64,000 nt of DNA, taken from Vicugna vicugna. Its lineage: Eukaryota. The notes under the pieces are model-generated. The model ran no database searches and had not been told where the DNA came from. It worked only from the letters and a program-made list of their open reading frames with translations. This document shows positions 24,119 through 38,149 of this stretch, one piece after another. The stretch's first letter is position 1. Each line of letters starts with the position of its first letter. The stretch spans positions 9,471,627-9,535,626 of the forward strand of contig MU058423.1 in the NCBI GenBank assembly GCA_013265495.1. Reading direction: 5' to 3'. Both the position numbers and the translations under genes were made by a program.

Positions 24119-25561
24119 CGCTCATTTATGAATTTCTCTTCCTCTTCTGTCTGTCTCATCCCTGGTCATGTAAAATCAGCACTTGATGCTTTACATACAT
24201 AAAGAAAATTTAAACTAATAATTAACTTATCTTTTTGAGTAAATATTGCCTCAGCACTGGACTTCTAAGGAACTCAGTTCATAAGGTTTCAAGATAACAT
24301 TGTCCGATTTTGATGTTAGTTGCATTAGATCACATGCGATTTGCAGGAATGTTCTGGAGGGCGGCAGAAGCACATAAACTGTAGTGGGCTTGAACGATTG
24401 TGATTTGTCCTTGACCTTCTCTCGTTCTAATTCCTCTCGCAGGGCTGCCTCTATGATACACTATTATTTTCATGAATAGTTTCATTTAGTAAATGCCACC
24501 TGTACTCAGCCCGTTGTTGGCAGGATGATGCTGTCAACCTTTGGCTTTGAGGGAAAGACATGGAGGCTGAGGTTGTCGTGTGTAAGGGTTTTCTCTTCTC
24601 CTGACAGCTCTGGCTGGGCTAGAAGAACGACCTGATTACCTGCACTAGGGGTTCACTAATCTAGCCCCTTCCTGAGTGCTCTGCTCATTCTTTCAGGAGG
24701 TCTAAGACTGAGACTTGGTTTTGACATGACATTTTGTAACGAAGAAGAGCAGTTCTACTCCTATAGGTGAAGGGCTAAGATGCAAACTTCTCTGGTCCTG
24801 GACTGAGGTCTGAATGAGTGGCAGACACTTGCTATGTTACCGTAAGGAGGGGCGATGATACAGAGTGCTCAGGTGGGTGTCTGGAAGGTGGTAGCTTGGC
24901 TGACGCATGCTGGCAGGGATCAGAGAGGTGCAGCCTGAGGAAGAGGAGCCAGACTGGGAAGGTGGGAAAACCAAGGGAACACTGACCTTGGAACAGAAGC
25001 CCTTCTGTTTCTGTCCTCTCAGCGTTACAGAGGAAGCTCTTTCTAACAGACACTCACTGTTGTCCTTGTTTTGTTAGGCAGGTCGCTCCCCCGAGGTCTG
25101 GAGTGTGTTGTTCTACTCAGGTATTAGATGACCGTGTGAACTAAGGTGTGGCTTTTGTGACCTTCAGGACTCACAGCTGATGAGCAGCAATGTTGTTGTA
25201 GATTAGTCCGTTGCCAAGACATACTTCCTGCCTTTATGATTGTATGTATTTCCTAGCTTTATGGGGCCTCAAGTCCCAGAATGCCGGCATGATTAACAGG
25301 AAAAAAACCAAACCAAACCAAACCAAAAGAGGACTACTTCTCTCTACCTGTGGCCATCCCACAGCTCGAAGTGCAGCACCTTAACGGCTTTCTCCAGAGG
25401 GCTGTGTGTTAGGTTTAATGTCACCTCAGCTACTTGGCTTGGGCCCTTCTGTGATAGGAAAAACCCCATTCTGTGCCCCAGTGTTTACATCATCTGAACA
25501 GGAAGGATGTGGATTTGCCACTGTCACCGACTCGATGCTCCCATGAATTCTCCATATGAAC

Positions 25562-26162
25562 TCTTGTTAGTCAGAGTCCAGCTAGAGAAGCAGAGCCACT
25601 ATGGGTGTTATCAAATTAGGGATTTAGTATAGGAATTAGACTTTTAAAAGCCATAGGAGGAGCTGAGTGAGTGAACTTCAAAGAGGGGAAGTTGGAGAAT
25701 AAGACAAGTGACTAACTCTTCCTCTCAAAGTGCTTGTCCAGGTGGAAAAGCTGGAGTTGTAGGGAAAATCTGAGAATCAAGCATGTCCAGCCATTGAAGT
25801 GGGAGTGAGGACAGGAACTTGTGTAATGCCTATAGAAAGCTGCTGATCTATACAGCTGCTGCCTCTGTGGGTCCACAGCCAAGCATCTGGTGGTGGGCAC
25901 GAGGCAGAGGAAGAAGGGTTGGGTGCGTGGTGGAGGAGAGCCAAGGCAAGGGGACCTGCCCGGTGACTCTGTCCCTCGCTACATCTCACTTCAGTGGCTC
26001 TCAGAGAGTAGCGCCCACTGCTTCACTTCTGCCTACCAGACCTCACACAAGCTTCTCTTTCAGCCAACTCCAGTCTGGAACCATATGGGGAAGAGGATTT
26101 TGAGAGTCTTTCCTTCTGGCTTAATGATGTTGATAATAAGATTGTCCAGAAAATAACACTAT
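25562..26162 (-). mobile_element. ERVL LTR (MLT2E-like sister lineage, no APOA4-like segment seen)
   Basis: gttagtcagagtccagctagagaagcagagccacta...gcctctgtgggtccacagccaagcatctggtggtggg...tgcttcacttctgcctaccagacctcacacaag. Shares terminal motifs with 7281-7941. Confidence 0.7.
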
Positions 26163-26304
26163 TCTGCAGCACGTGTAAAGGCGTGTTAATATAGTCTGCT
26201 ATGGGAAAACGCCCACCATCCTTAGAGTTCAGGGAAAGTGCAAAACATCTTAGTTACCATACACATTGTATCCTCTAGTTGTCCATTCAGATTTACCTAT
26301 AGGT

Positions 26305-26813
26305 GGTATGGTAGATATTATTTTATAAAGATGGCCATATAAATAGGTTTATTCAATTCCATGTGCTCTTTTTACGATGTGACTTACACCACCTAGAGAT
26401 GGGTCTGCCAAGTGGTGGATCCTAGGTCCTCATCCTGTGAATTGAGGTTCTGGTCAAGAATGGTAGGAGTGATGCTCTGACTTCAGAAGCTAGGTCATAA
26501 CAAGGACACAGCTTCTGCCTTTCTTTTTCCTCTCTCCTCTGTCTCTCTCTCAGGATACTTGCCTATGGAACTCAGCCACCATGTTGTAAGGAAGTCAAGG
26601 CCACGTGGAAAAGCCACACGATGGTGTTCTATCCCCTGGCCTTCAAGTCTCCCAGATGAGGCTCAGACACCATGAGCAGAGACAGGCCACTTCCCCCCCC
26701 CCCCGTGCCCTGTGCATTACTTGTCCACAAAAACCCTGAGAAACAATAAATAATTATTATCAAGTCCCAAAGTTTTGGGGATAACTTTTTATGTAGCAAT
26801 ACATAACTAAAAC
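26305..26813 (+). mobile_element. MaLR solo LTR (MLT1G-like)
   Basis: aaagatggcca...gacttcagaagctaggtcata...ggaactcagccaccatgttgtaaggaag...ttttgggg...tatgtagcaatacataactaaaaca. Confidence 0.8.
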
Positions 26814-26969
26814 AAGTGGACCTTGGAAATCGCCTCCTCTGTCTGTTTCCCTGATCCCCCACCTTTGTTTTACATCCCTCAGCCAGTATCCTGCCTCCAT
26901 TCTGCTCCCATCAAGATATATTCAAAGCCAGTGGGATCCATTTTTGGTTCTGTCCTGGAAAAACTAAGA

Positions 26970-27512
26970 TACTTAAGATTGGCTCCGAAGCACAAGAGTA
27001 GTGATGCTGGCAATTCGAACATGACAAAGGGGAGCCGTAAAGTGTTTCTTTTAAGTGAAAGGTGAAAGTTCTTGACTTAACAAGAGAAGAAGGAAAAATT
27101 GTACTCTGAATTACACGGTAAGGGCCAATCTTCTGTCCATGAAATTGTGGAGAAGGAAAAAGAAATTTGTGCTAGTTTTGCTGTTGTACCTCAGATTGCA
27201 AAAGTTATGGCCACAGTGCATGCTAAGTGCTTAGTTAAGATGGAACAGGCTTTATATTTGTACAATAAGATATTTTGAGAGAGAGATCGTATTTACACAA
27301 CTCTTATAACAATGTATGGTTATAATTGTTCTATTTTATTATTAGCTACTGTTGTTAATCTCAGTGTTTAATTTATAAATGAAACTTTATCGTAGGTGTA
27401 TATGTATAGAAAAAAACATGGCATATTTAGGGTTTGGTACTACCTGCTATTTCATGCGTGCATCCACCGGGGATCTTGGAATGCACCCCTGGGGTCATGG
27501 GGAGGCTCCTAT
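26970..27512 (+). mobile_element. MER44/Tigger7 DNA transposon derivative (5' part missing) with a transposase N-terminus remnant
   Basis: Encodes APKHKSSDAGNSNMTKGSRKVFLLSE..., resembling the start of Tigger7 transposase (CENP-B-type HTH). The 3' end gcatccaccggggatcttggaatg matches the MER44 terminus. Confidence 0.85.
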
Positions 27513-27869
27513 AAGCGTTGTCCGTGTACAATTACGTCAGGCTAGTTTGTGAATTCTGGGACTAATTCTTTTTGATTGCCAGTTACATGAGGCTAGGCTG
27601 TAAATTCTGGGACTACTTTGGACTATAATGAGCAGCCCCAGCATCCACGTTCCTCACCAGTGGGACACTGTGGTCTGCTTATTATGAAAGCACATGGCCA
27701 AACGGTCTGGTCATCTCCTGAGGCAGACTGCTAGTGTGCTTCTCTAAGTAATGTCACTCAGGGATGGAGGTTTTAGGAAACCTTGAGTAATGTGGGCTCC
27801 AAGTGGGAATTTCGTGATTTTGTGACCAGCTAGTGTTCAAGCATTGTCCTTTCATGGGTGATGATACAG

Positions 27870-28130
27870 CATGAGGTACAGCTTGAAGCTGGTCAAGGTC
27901 TTGGTTCTGGAGTCCAGTGGAACTGTGTTTGAATCTTAGCACTGCTGCCTACTATGCTGTTGAGCAAACTACTTAGACACCTTAAACTTCAGTTTCATTA
28001 TTTTTTAAATGGGGCTAATAATAGTATCTGAGTTTACTGTGTAGATTAAATGCCATTATACCTTATGTCATACATTATACTATGTACCTTACACAGAGTA
28101 AGCATCCATTAAATGGTAACTCTTCTGTTA
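27870..28130 (+). mobile_element. MIR SINE
   Basis: ttctggagtcca...gtttgaatcttagcactgc...ttgagcaaactactta...cagtttcatta. Confidence 0.7.
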
Positions 28131-28254
28131 TTAAAGTGTATTCTTTGGCAAAAGACACTTCCTATTCAATTGTCCCTTGAAAACATCAAAGCTTTTCCTT
28201 ATGATGCACACAGTTTGCCTACTTCCTGACTTTCTCTACAAAGCGAAATACTAT

Positions 28255-28540
28255 CAGTTCATCTCTTAAGTCACTCTCCTTCATGAAGTACTTCCCAACA
28301 CTTCCAGTTCACTCATATCTTTTCTTCTTGAGATTCCCATCTCCCATATCACTAAGACCAAGCCATACTATTTAATTAACCACTACTTGTTTTTTTTTTT
28401 TCCACATGGCTCTGGGTATGATCATCTCTCTTAATAGAATTTTAAGTACCTTGAAGACAGGGATCCTGCCTTCTACCATATTTGTACCATCTCCAGTATT
28501 CTAGATGATGCTGGGCAAGGAGCTGGTGCTCAGCAAACAA
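28255..28540 (+). mobile_element. L2 3' end
   Basis: agaattttaagtaccttgaagacaggga...gctgggca...ggtgctcagcaaa. Confidence 0.6.
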
Positions 28541-30559
28541 TGGGGGATTTCACTTTCTATTTGGAAGGTGATTAAAATAATATTCTTTCTTGGGCATGGA
28601 TCAAAAGGACAGCTCATGAAATGTCACTGATCGCTCTTAGCTGGGTCTAGCGAGATGATTCTTGGGCTTCATGAAGACCAAAGGGATTCTGGCTACACGT
28701 CACATGTGCACAGGATATGTGAGGAGACCAGTGAACATTCAGTAAAGGAATATGGCTTAAACAAACCAAATTGCCACATACCCACTGCTCTGCCCCTGCC
28801 TATGGCTGATTCAGAGCCTTTGATGTGTTGCTGGAGAGGTGGGGAAGGGTCAGATGCCTGGCTGTATGTCACACACCTTTAACAGGGTTCTCTCTATTCC
28901 AACAGCTCCCAGATTTCTCAGTAGGCCTAGGACAGGTCTAGTATAGAGGGTTGATAGACAACAGATCACCATGCTTAAGTAGGACTGAGAGAATGGAAAA
29001 ACTGATTCACAGGAGGTCCGCACTGCCAACTCAGCGGCAGTTGGAGGAAGTGCTTTCAAAACATACTGTGTGGAGGCTGGCAGATCAACACAAGGAGACA
29101 TGCCAAAGCTTGCAAGCTCCCTATCTGAGACAGGGTGGATTCCACATGGCTAAATGCAGCTTTTCCAAAAGGTCTGGTATCTCCCAACTGTCTTCTCTAT
29201 CTCTGCTAATCTTTCAGTATGATCTGGACTGGCACTGTTCAGGTAAAGACTAAAGAGAGAAAAACAGGTCAGGTGCACAGGGAGTGGTGGACTGGCTTAG
29301 AGCTTACTCTTCAAAAAATAATCATAGATATTCTATTTTATGCTAATTTTCCTATCCTTGAACAGTGAACTTCATGAATGCAGATAGATTGTAGTAGGTG
29401 AGCACTGAATTTCACGGACTTAGTACTTGCTTACGTCATTGAACAGGTGAGTAGAATGGGGCAATATTTCTCGTGCTTTCTGGTTCAGTTTCATAGGTCA
29501 CATACTGAGAAACAGACTTCAAAATGACTGCAGCTACAGAGCTGCTATCTTAGGGAAGGGGCTGGCCTGGTTTTTCTTGATTGGGAAGAAATAAACATGT
29601 TTAACCAGATGACTTCATCCTTATTCCAGTGAATGGGAAATAAAAATACAACAAAAGACTAACTTACGGAAGAATGAAGCGCATTTCCCTGGAGAAGCTG
29701 GTGAGGAAGGGGGTGAGGGTGGTATTGTTGAAGGGACCAGTTATGACCTGCTTGGAAGAGGTGGAATAAAACTGTGATTAACCCTCAAAGAGCAGTTTTT
29801 AACCTTAGGCTTAAAGTAGCTGGTTCAAAAGAAAATAAATGCATTGATGTGAAACGCTGTGATTATTGGCTTCAGATGAAAGAAAAAATGGAGCCATTGT
29901 GATTTGGAAATAGCAAACACATTGAGTTTATTCTGCCTGATTCATGGAGATCTATTTTATATAATAGGTCATTAACCATTTCATGAAAAAAGATGGAAGA
30001 GGCCTTCTACTTTATCCTGTAGAAACAGAAACATGCCTTTTCTCACCTCAGTTCCATCAAGCACACACAGACTCCAGACTCAAAGCTATTGCTGAATGAT
30101 GAGGAAACCTTGATAGATAAACATGAAGAAGAAAACGAGACCAATTTTTGATAATACAGTGGGACAGATTCTTTTTCTTTGCCATTGGCTTCAGGTTTCC
30201 CTGTCTTTCTAATGTCAAGTCTGTGATCAGAGGATACCTGAAAAGTCTTTGTAAGGAAATGCTACCCTCTGACTCCTCACATGTGTAGAGCAAGTGAAGA
30301 TACAGTGGCCTGAAAGAAGATTCAATCCTTCTCTGTGGGCAGGCGACTTTGATAAACTCTCAAGGCTGCTAGAAGTGTAACCTTTTACTTAACTCACTTC
30401 TTAAATGAGCAGAGATCCTTAGCACCCCAGTGGGGTGGCAGGAAAGCGGATGCTTTCGGAGGTCTTGTGTAGTTTTGAAGTGATTTTTCAGAATTTCAGA
30501 AATTTATATGAAGGTCCTGAAATATGATCGCATGACTGTTTGTACTTTCTGAATTCAAA

Positions 30560-31500
30560 TGGCCCAAATTGGCAAGCAATTTAGGAGTAGAGAGAAAACT
30601 GAATTAGAATGCAGAATTAACAATCCTGAGGTGCTGGTGAATAACACTTGGGAAAGACGTGGAACCAGGAAAAAAAAAACCAACTTATTCTACTCAGTTT
30701 GGGGAAAACCAGAACAAACCAAAAAGTCTAGCTATTTAATGTCAAATTAAATTCCAAATAGATTATAGTAAATATTTTAAAAAGAATAATGACAGAGGAA
30801 GAACATATAAGATTTTCATAATCTAAGGACAGGGAAGGACGTTTTCCCTAAAAGTAACATCTAAAGCCCAAATCCAAAGAAAAATTCGTGGATGAGTTAC
30901 GTGAAAATATCACCATGGTAGAAAGCAAAGTTGAAAGACAAAAAGTACACGGCTTTATTACATTAGAGCTTTTATAAAAGAGGTTTATAAAATCAACTAG
31001 TAAATCATGGATAAGTGCAAATGAGAAGAGTGGAAAATATTTTTAAAAATTGGTAATAACCAGTGTTCAGCAAGATTGTGAGGAAATGGGCCCTCTCATT
31101 CACTGTGGGAGAGCATATACAATGGTGCAAATTGTAGGAGGAGTAATCTTGCAATCATTGTCTCAAAATGTAAAAAATGTAAAAAGTGCACATTTTGACC
31201 CTGTATGTCTGCTTTTAGGGATTATATAAGGAAATAATCACATACAGTAAAGATGTGTATGTAAAATGCTCACTGCTGCTTTATTTAACGTAACAAACGG
31301 GAGCTACCTAAATATCTGTAATTGAAGATTAGTTTTAAAAAGGTAAAGCAAAGCCTTACAATGGACGACTTTTGCAAATAATACTGTACACATACATTTA
31401 TTGATATGAAGAAGTACTCATGATATACTTGGTGAAAAAAGGTCACGAAACAACACTTATAATGTGACAGTTTGACTGGCAATGCTCAGGTTGTGCACAT
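30560..31500 (+). mobile_element. Old L1 (L1ME-like) ORF2 tail and 3' region
   Basis: Degenerate ORF2-end motifs (gtaataaccagtgtt...gaggaaatgggccctctcattcactgtgggagag...ttttgaccct). Confidence 0.6.
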
Positions 31501-33024
31501 AATAAGTTTGCATAGTTTATTCCTCAACATTTTATTATAAATTTTTAAACATACAGAACAGGTGAAAGGGTAATAAGAATTCTTATATTTTCCATCTAGA
31601 TTCAATAATTGCTAACATTTTGCCATATTTATTTCTCTCTTTCTCTGAACACACACACAAACACATACACACACATACTTGATTTCACTGAACTGTGACT
31701 CATGAATCTTCTCTAATCATTTAGTAGGGCCCAGATTCTGCCCGAAGAAGCAGTGAAGACCTCTGTCTCATGAAAGGCAATCTGTTTTCAATTGTGTTCT
31801 CTAATGAGGTTTTCGCCTAATCTGCATTAAAACTGACATTTTTTGGTGGGAGGTTATTGACCCTATAGTTTGGCTGTCGTTTCTTCCTTAGGTAAGAGGG
31901 CGCTGAAACAAAAAGTTAATCATTTAAGATAAAGTGGGAATATCTCAATTCTAGCTTTTATGTTACAAAAAGCAGCAATATTAATAAGTCTTTGGCAGAT
32001 TTGCTTAAAAGCTAAGTCCGAGTGAGGCTTTGGAAAGAGTGATGTCTATTAATCTATCTCTCCTGATCTGAACTGGAGGAGGGGAGGGGGATAGCTCCTG
32101 TTCAGACATCTTCACCTGCAAACAGCCTTCCCTCGTACAGTCTTGTGGAGCCGCCACCGTGCTCTGGGATGATTCCAGCCTGTCAGGGAGGCCGAGGCTG
32201 GATGCGAAGATGCTGACAGCATTCTGGTGCCAATCCAAGCTCCCCTTCTGAGTTCATCTCCTTCGTCCTGATCTCTTCATGTCCACCAACACACCCTGCC
32301 TCACTGGGCGGGGCGAGAACTCTTTTCTGGCTACTCTTCTGTGCTTAGCCCAGCATCTCAGTGTGGTTGATTGTAATCCACTCTCTTTCGTAATCTAACC
32401 TCCTCAGAATCTGGTGTGTGTTTGTGTGCGTGTGTGAGAAAGTCAGGATGAGAAACTGCTTTCTGCAAGTTGGGAGATGGGATTCCCTGCCCTCCTGCTT
32501 CCTACAACGTTCTCAGACTTGACCTCATTCACTTCCTTTTCCTTTTAGTTTCTTACTCCCCCGTTCCACCTTCTGCTTCCCTTTCCGTGCTGCACTCTTC
32601 TCACTTCTATGTTCCCTTGCTATTTCTCCTCTGTTTAAGCTGTCACTCGTCTCAGTTTGCCTGGGTTTGTTCAACTGTGAAATCTGATTTCCTTCTTTAG
32701 AGTTGTCCGTTAGGTTCTCTCACCAGGTTCTTCCCAGTTCTGGCTTATCTCAAAATTTCCAGCGGGATGGAAGCTTCCTAAGTGTCTCTCGGCAGTGGTG
32801 CTTGGATTCAAGGCTAATGAACATTAGAGATCTGGGCGGGGGTTTGGGCACCAGGTTGAATGCCGGATTTCCTGTTCATAATTACAAGTCCACCACGTTT
32901 GTTTTAGGATTGGCCTCCAGAGATTAGGCATTGAGTTAACATAAAGGTCAAGTTCCACAGACTGATTATAGTAAGAGTTAACAATGGACACAGATAAGCT
33001 TTCGCCTTTATTCAAAGTGTGCAC

Positions 33025-33140
33025 TTTTTTTTTTTAATTGAAGTACCGTCAGTTACAACGTGTCAGTTGCTGGTGTACAGCACAATGTCCCAGTCATGCA
33101 TATGCATACATACACTCGTCTTCATATCCTTTTTCATTAC
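33025..33140 (-). mobile_element. Very short camelid-type L1 3' end
   Basis: polyT followed by aattgaagtaccgtcagttacaacgtgtcag...ggtgtacagcacaatgtcccagtc; homologous to 43935. Confidence 0.75.
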
Positions 33141-35349
33141 AAAGTTTACTATAGTCTTACGTTGTTAAAGATTGATACAGTTAAGAAACTGGAAAATTGC
33201 ATCATCAGTTAACTTGCCATGGTTTCCTTGTACTGTTGTGGCCTATATCCCTCTCCTCTGCCTTCCCAAGAAAGTCAGAATTCATGGTGAGGACCAGAGT
33301 GCTTGTCAATCTCATCGTGTATTTGCTTTATTAGATCTTTCAAGGTTAGAACTATGTACATGCTGAACATCAGTCGAATTTCTATGTCAAAATATCAAAG
33401 TGAAGAATATAAAAGTCATTGGGTCATTGAAAAGGAAATGGACTAATAAAATCGGAGGCTGTCTGTCAGCTCTGCCAGAGCAGCCAAGGAAACAATGCCT
33501 GGGAGACTGAGAGCTTTAGGGAGATTTACACCGAAGGGCTACCTGGCAACAATAGGAGGTGAACATGCACCAAAGCATTCCAATTGACGTAGTATATTAG
33601 CGTTATTAATGAATGGCATGTATAATATAATAAACAGGTAAAACTAAATTTAGACCTTACAGCGTTACAAATGGTTAAAAGATCATTTAATCTTTTAATG
33701 AGGTAGAACGATGCTTTGACAATCTCTCAAGGCCTGTTCTGGTATGTTTTATTTCTATAGCTCTTGCATGTTATGTATTACTTTTATTGGTGGCTGTCTT
33801 AGCACCAGTTACATATCCACATCAGTTTCAGTAGAGATGTCTATATGTGAGCTAAACAAAATCTGGTCTGATTCGACCTTCCACATTCACAGAATATTTT
33901 AGAGAAAGTATTTCATGTTTGTTGAAGATGATAACCCTGGTTAAAATGCAAAAGGCCAGGACGAGGTGAGTCAGAAGCTCTGCACGAGGCACCCACTGCT
34001 TGTACGGCAGCGCGTTGCACGTGGCAGAGACTATAAAGGTGGGTGGTCAGCCTTTGTTTCTAGAACTGTGCAGTCTGTTCTTGGCATCCAAGTTGCATTC
34101 ATGTAAGATACAGATAATGAGTTGTGAAAGATAAATAATAACACAAGGTAATATGTAGTAAGTGGCAGGTGAAAGACGCTGCTGCCGAGTGGAGCACCAG
34201 GAGCAGGAGATGGGGTTTTGTTCTGTCATGAAGATAATAAAACATTTTCCAGAGGATGAGACTTTGAAAAAAAATTGGAGTGTTTTTACTGATAATGGGT
34301 GTGCTGATCTACTAATCTGCTCTGAACGTAAGGAAAAGAGGGAAAATATTTAAAAATTGAATTGAAATCTTTTTATTTACTTATAGCACTCGATCACTTA
34401 AATGAGGGTCAACCCAAAGCAGGTGACATGAATTTTGTCCCAGCCAAGATCTTGGCCACCTTACCCTTCACCTGCAGGATGTCGCTGTAGTCCGCTGTAA
34501 CCAGATCGTATGTCGCACATTTCTTTAGGATTTTGAAATTGTCTAGTTTTATTTACACACAGCTGCTGTGTTTTCTCTCGATGATATTGACTCAATGATT
34601 TATATTCTTGTATACACATTTCATTTTTTTTTCACAGATATTTAACTAAGCTGATTTTACTTGTTAAGCATTTCTTTGTAGAATTCTTGAGCAAAGCTGT
34701 ATACACAAATCGAAATTCAGGAGAGTTTAAAGGGAAAGTTAAGTACTCAGAATTCCAGGCAGGTTCTATACAAATATTTGACTCTGTGTAACCTTTACCT
34801 AATATGTCTGATTGGTATTTATCAATTTATGGTAACAATAGTTTTTTATTTCATTGCAACTTATCAAGCTGTTATAAATTTTAAGACTCACCATTTTCCC
34901 AATCAGTTGTGTTAAAATCGTCTTATATCAAGGAACTTTTACAACTAACTGAAGAAGGGAACAATTAAGCCTGCCAACCAGCAGCAAGATTTTTTTGAGA
35001 CTGCAGATAGAAATCTTTCAGCCTAATTTCTTACCTCAATAGTAGCTGTAATTTGGCTAAAGTAATTTCATCCAAGTAAGTTGTCTACAGGAGAGACAGA
35101 GTACATTTACAGGCTAGGACTTTTACAGAGATTCTAGAGCTGTGCACTTCTGAGAAACAACAACAACAACAACAAAACATACCAAGGAGACAAAATGATG
35201 GAGGCATCTATTTGGAGACAAAAACAAGGAGAAGTGTTCGTGGTGAATACAGTAATGTCCATGAAAAGGGAATGCTGAGCAAAAAGGCAGGGCCCTGCCT
35301 GGTGTGGAGAGAATTCTCTTTCTGGCTCATGGAGGGCTTCGGGTTTAGG

Positions 35350-35560
35350 GGAAGGGAATAGGACCTGGAGTTTGAGCGGCCTGGGCCCAAACCTGGGCTC
35401 TGTGCCCTAAGAGCTGCATGACGTGGGTGTATTACTTTGTGTCTTGGTGCCTCTGTGTTTCCACATGTAAAACGAAGGCAGTACTACGCATTCTCCAAGA
35501 AAGTTGTGAGGCTTTCCCATCTGTGTAAAGATCCCGGTCTAATGCTCTGTAACTGTCAGT
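35350..35560 (+). mobile_element. MIR SINE
   Basis: ggcctgggcccaaacctgggctctgtg...gcctctgtgtttccacatgtaaaa. Confidence 0.6.
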
Positions 35561-36804
35561 GCCCCCATTTCTCCCTTCCCCACATCGAGCAGAGATGCTC
35601 AGTGTGACAGCTGCATGCCCAGCCACTGTCTGTACACTGTGAGAAGGTGCCTTCTAATAGTAGGGCAGAGAGCAGCCTTAGCTGGCTTCGGAATCAAACA
35701 AACCTAGAGGAAAGGGTTTGCACACAACTGCACAGACAGAAAAAAAGCAGTCAGGTGGGAAACGGCTTTTATTTCAAAAAAGACAGCTTGGATGGAAATG
35801 AAAGGGACTCGAAGTGGTACAAAATAACAGTGGGTTGATTGTTCGAGTAATTAGTGGCAGAACTGAAATGTCAGGTTGTTTTTGGATCCTAAAATTCCCA
35901 CAATAAACCTATGGGAAGCTTCTCTCTGTGAGTGGCAGCTGGCCAGGTCTGAGTACGGTGTTTGAGTTTCCTAGAGACGGGGAAGGGTGTTGTCTGGGCT
36001 ACTTAGGACCCAGGGCTCGAGGGGGTTTGGTAGGTAGACACTGCTCATCAAGGGCCATCCTATGTGTGAGCAAGAAGGACCTGGATTTTTTTTTTTTTTT
36101 TTTTTGGAGGAGGCTGCCTCTGTGACCCTGTTTAGAGTGTGATTTGATAGAAAATCTCTAAAAATACATCCTCACTTGTTGTCCCCTGGTTAGAAGTTTT
36201 TCTCTAAAGCATTAGTTTCTTTGGGTTAAGATAACCATTTCCAAGTGTTCTCTTTTGATACGGAAGACTCCACAGAGGGTCTGATACAACTGGTTTTTGT
36301 CTTATTCCTTCACTTGGTTTTAATCCCCCTAATGGGGAATCAGCCAGAGCCTGGGCTCTGCTCCTTCCAGGGCTGCGGAGCTGTGAACGCGTCGGGTGTG
36401 GCGCTGGGGCAGCTCACAGAACTGCCTGTACAGGCTGGGTGGAAACTTCGTTCTAAAAGCAAAAAGAGCCAGACCCTAAGCTTGGCTGAGCTATAAAGCC
36501 TTAGATAGTCAAGAGGGAAAACGAGTAGGACGTCGAAGTGGAGTGTTTATCTTTTGACGGGGAAAGAAAACAAGTGAAGATAGAAAAATCCATTTCGCTA
36601 AAATATAAACAGTGAAGTTTGAGAAACACCTCTGGGGATCCCCGCCCTTGGAGGTTAACCCAGGCAGAGGAGAGGCGTTATCCCGTGAGCCTGCAGGGGT
36701 CGCCTCGGAAGCCCTGGCGACCTGTGGGTCAGCGGGCTTGGGTGGGTGAGAGCATGGAATGTGCCTCGGGCTGGAAGTTGTTTTTTTCTTTGTATCTTTT
36801 CCAT

Positions 36805-36944
36805 TTTTATTTTTTTGTTGGAGGGGGAGGTAATTAAGTTTATTTATTTATTTACTTAGTTTTTAATGGAGGTACTGGGGATAGAACCCAAGACCTCACA
36901 GCATGCTAGGCATGCACTCTACCACTGAGCTGTACCCTACCCCC
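36805..36944 (-). mobile_element. Camelid tRNA-derived SINE (Vic-1 type)
   Basis: Homologous to 1500-1641: ggggaggtaatta...tggaggtactggggatagaaccca...catgcactctaccactgagctgtacc. Confidence 0.9.
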
Positions 36945-38149
36945 TCTTTTTTTTAATTTTTTTTTTTTTTTTGGAAGTTCTAGGTTAAGAGGTGGGGAGC
37001 CTGTGGAATTAGCTCGGGTTGCCATTAGAAAATGTGTTTATATGATCGGACTGGATATTGAAGATATAAAGAAAGAGAAAACAAAGGCATAGGTTTTAAA
37101 ATGCAATTATATTTCTGTTCCCGGGTGGTGGAGAGGTGAAGGTTTAGTAGAAGAGGGAGTCACTGTGAAACTGTGATTAAAGGTTAAAACCAGCAGCAGA
37201 AAGAGCACTGTAATCCTGTGCAGGCCAGTTTTGGTCAGAGAGTCAATTACTAATGGAAAAAAATATCTAGCTCATTAAAGGTGTGGGAAAAAAATCTGAC
37301 AGAAAGTCTATTTAGAAATATTTGCCAAATTCTTGCCAGAAAGTTTTACCAAACAGAAAATAAGCAAACGAAAGTTTTCGGTAGACTCACCGTATCTGGA
37401 GACTGGTATTTCTGCTCTAAGAATTATTTGGTTCAGTTATATAATGAATATAAATTTAGTGCTTTGTAAGTAGATGTTTTTGATTTTTGAAATGAAGTCA
37501 GGTTTATACAAAGTTGGGCTCAGTGTTCTGTAAAGCTTATATTCTCATCATTGGCACTGTCTGTTTGGTGGCAGTAATTTGAAGGATGAGGTAAAATTCC
37601 TGGCTGGGATTTGTGAAGTCAAACCAGGAATTACCTCAAAAATATCAAATGCTCCAATGATGTGACTGGGACATATGCAGAGGCAAAACCGAGTTGTGTT
37701 GGTCATCTAGGTGTTAGTATCATTTAAAATAGTTGAGAATAGGATCCTAGGATTTGGAATTTTTGATGAGAAGAAGGAAGTTTGCTAAAAGAGATGGAAA
37801 GGACACAGTGGGAACGTGGGTGTGTGTGTTTGGGAGCTTTGCACAGCTCGGGCTGCTCCTGGTGGGGGTGGGGGGCGGGCAGAGAATGAGGGAGACAGGG
37901 GGTCTGAATGGTGGCACCTCCTTTAACTCCCAGCTCAGATGCACTCCTTAGAGACACACACTCAGGGTTTCCTAGGAGATTCATGTGGCAACTTTTTATG
38001 ACATCTTGAAAGTAAACATCCTACTTAGAAACTGAAGTGCTTTACCAAATATTGCACATGGCACTCAGTAATAATGATTTCACCCTGAAGAAACCACTGT
38101 GGGTTTCAGGAGTTCTGAAAACTGGCAACTGTAGCACTTCTCTCTCTCT

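Noticed and set aside
34445..34620. Short minus-strand open frames (DNFKILKKCATYDLVTADYSDILQVK and an alternative frame) ending near a gtaagg donor
   Set aside because: No polypyrimidine acceptor and no protein I recognise.
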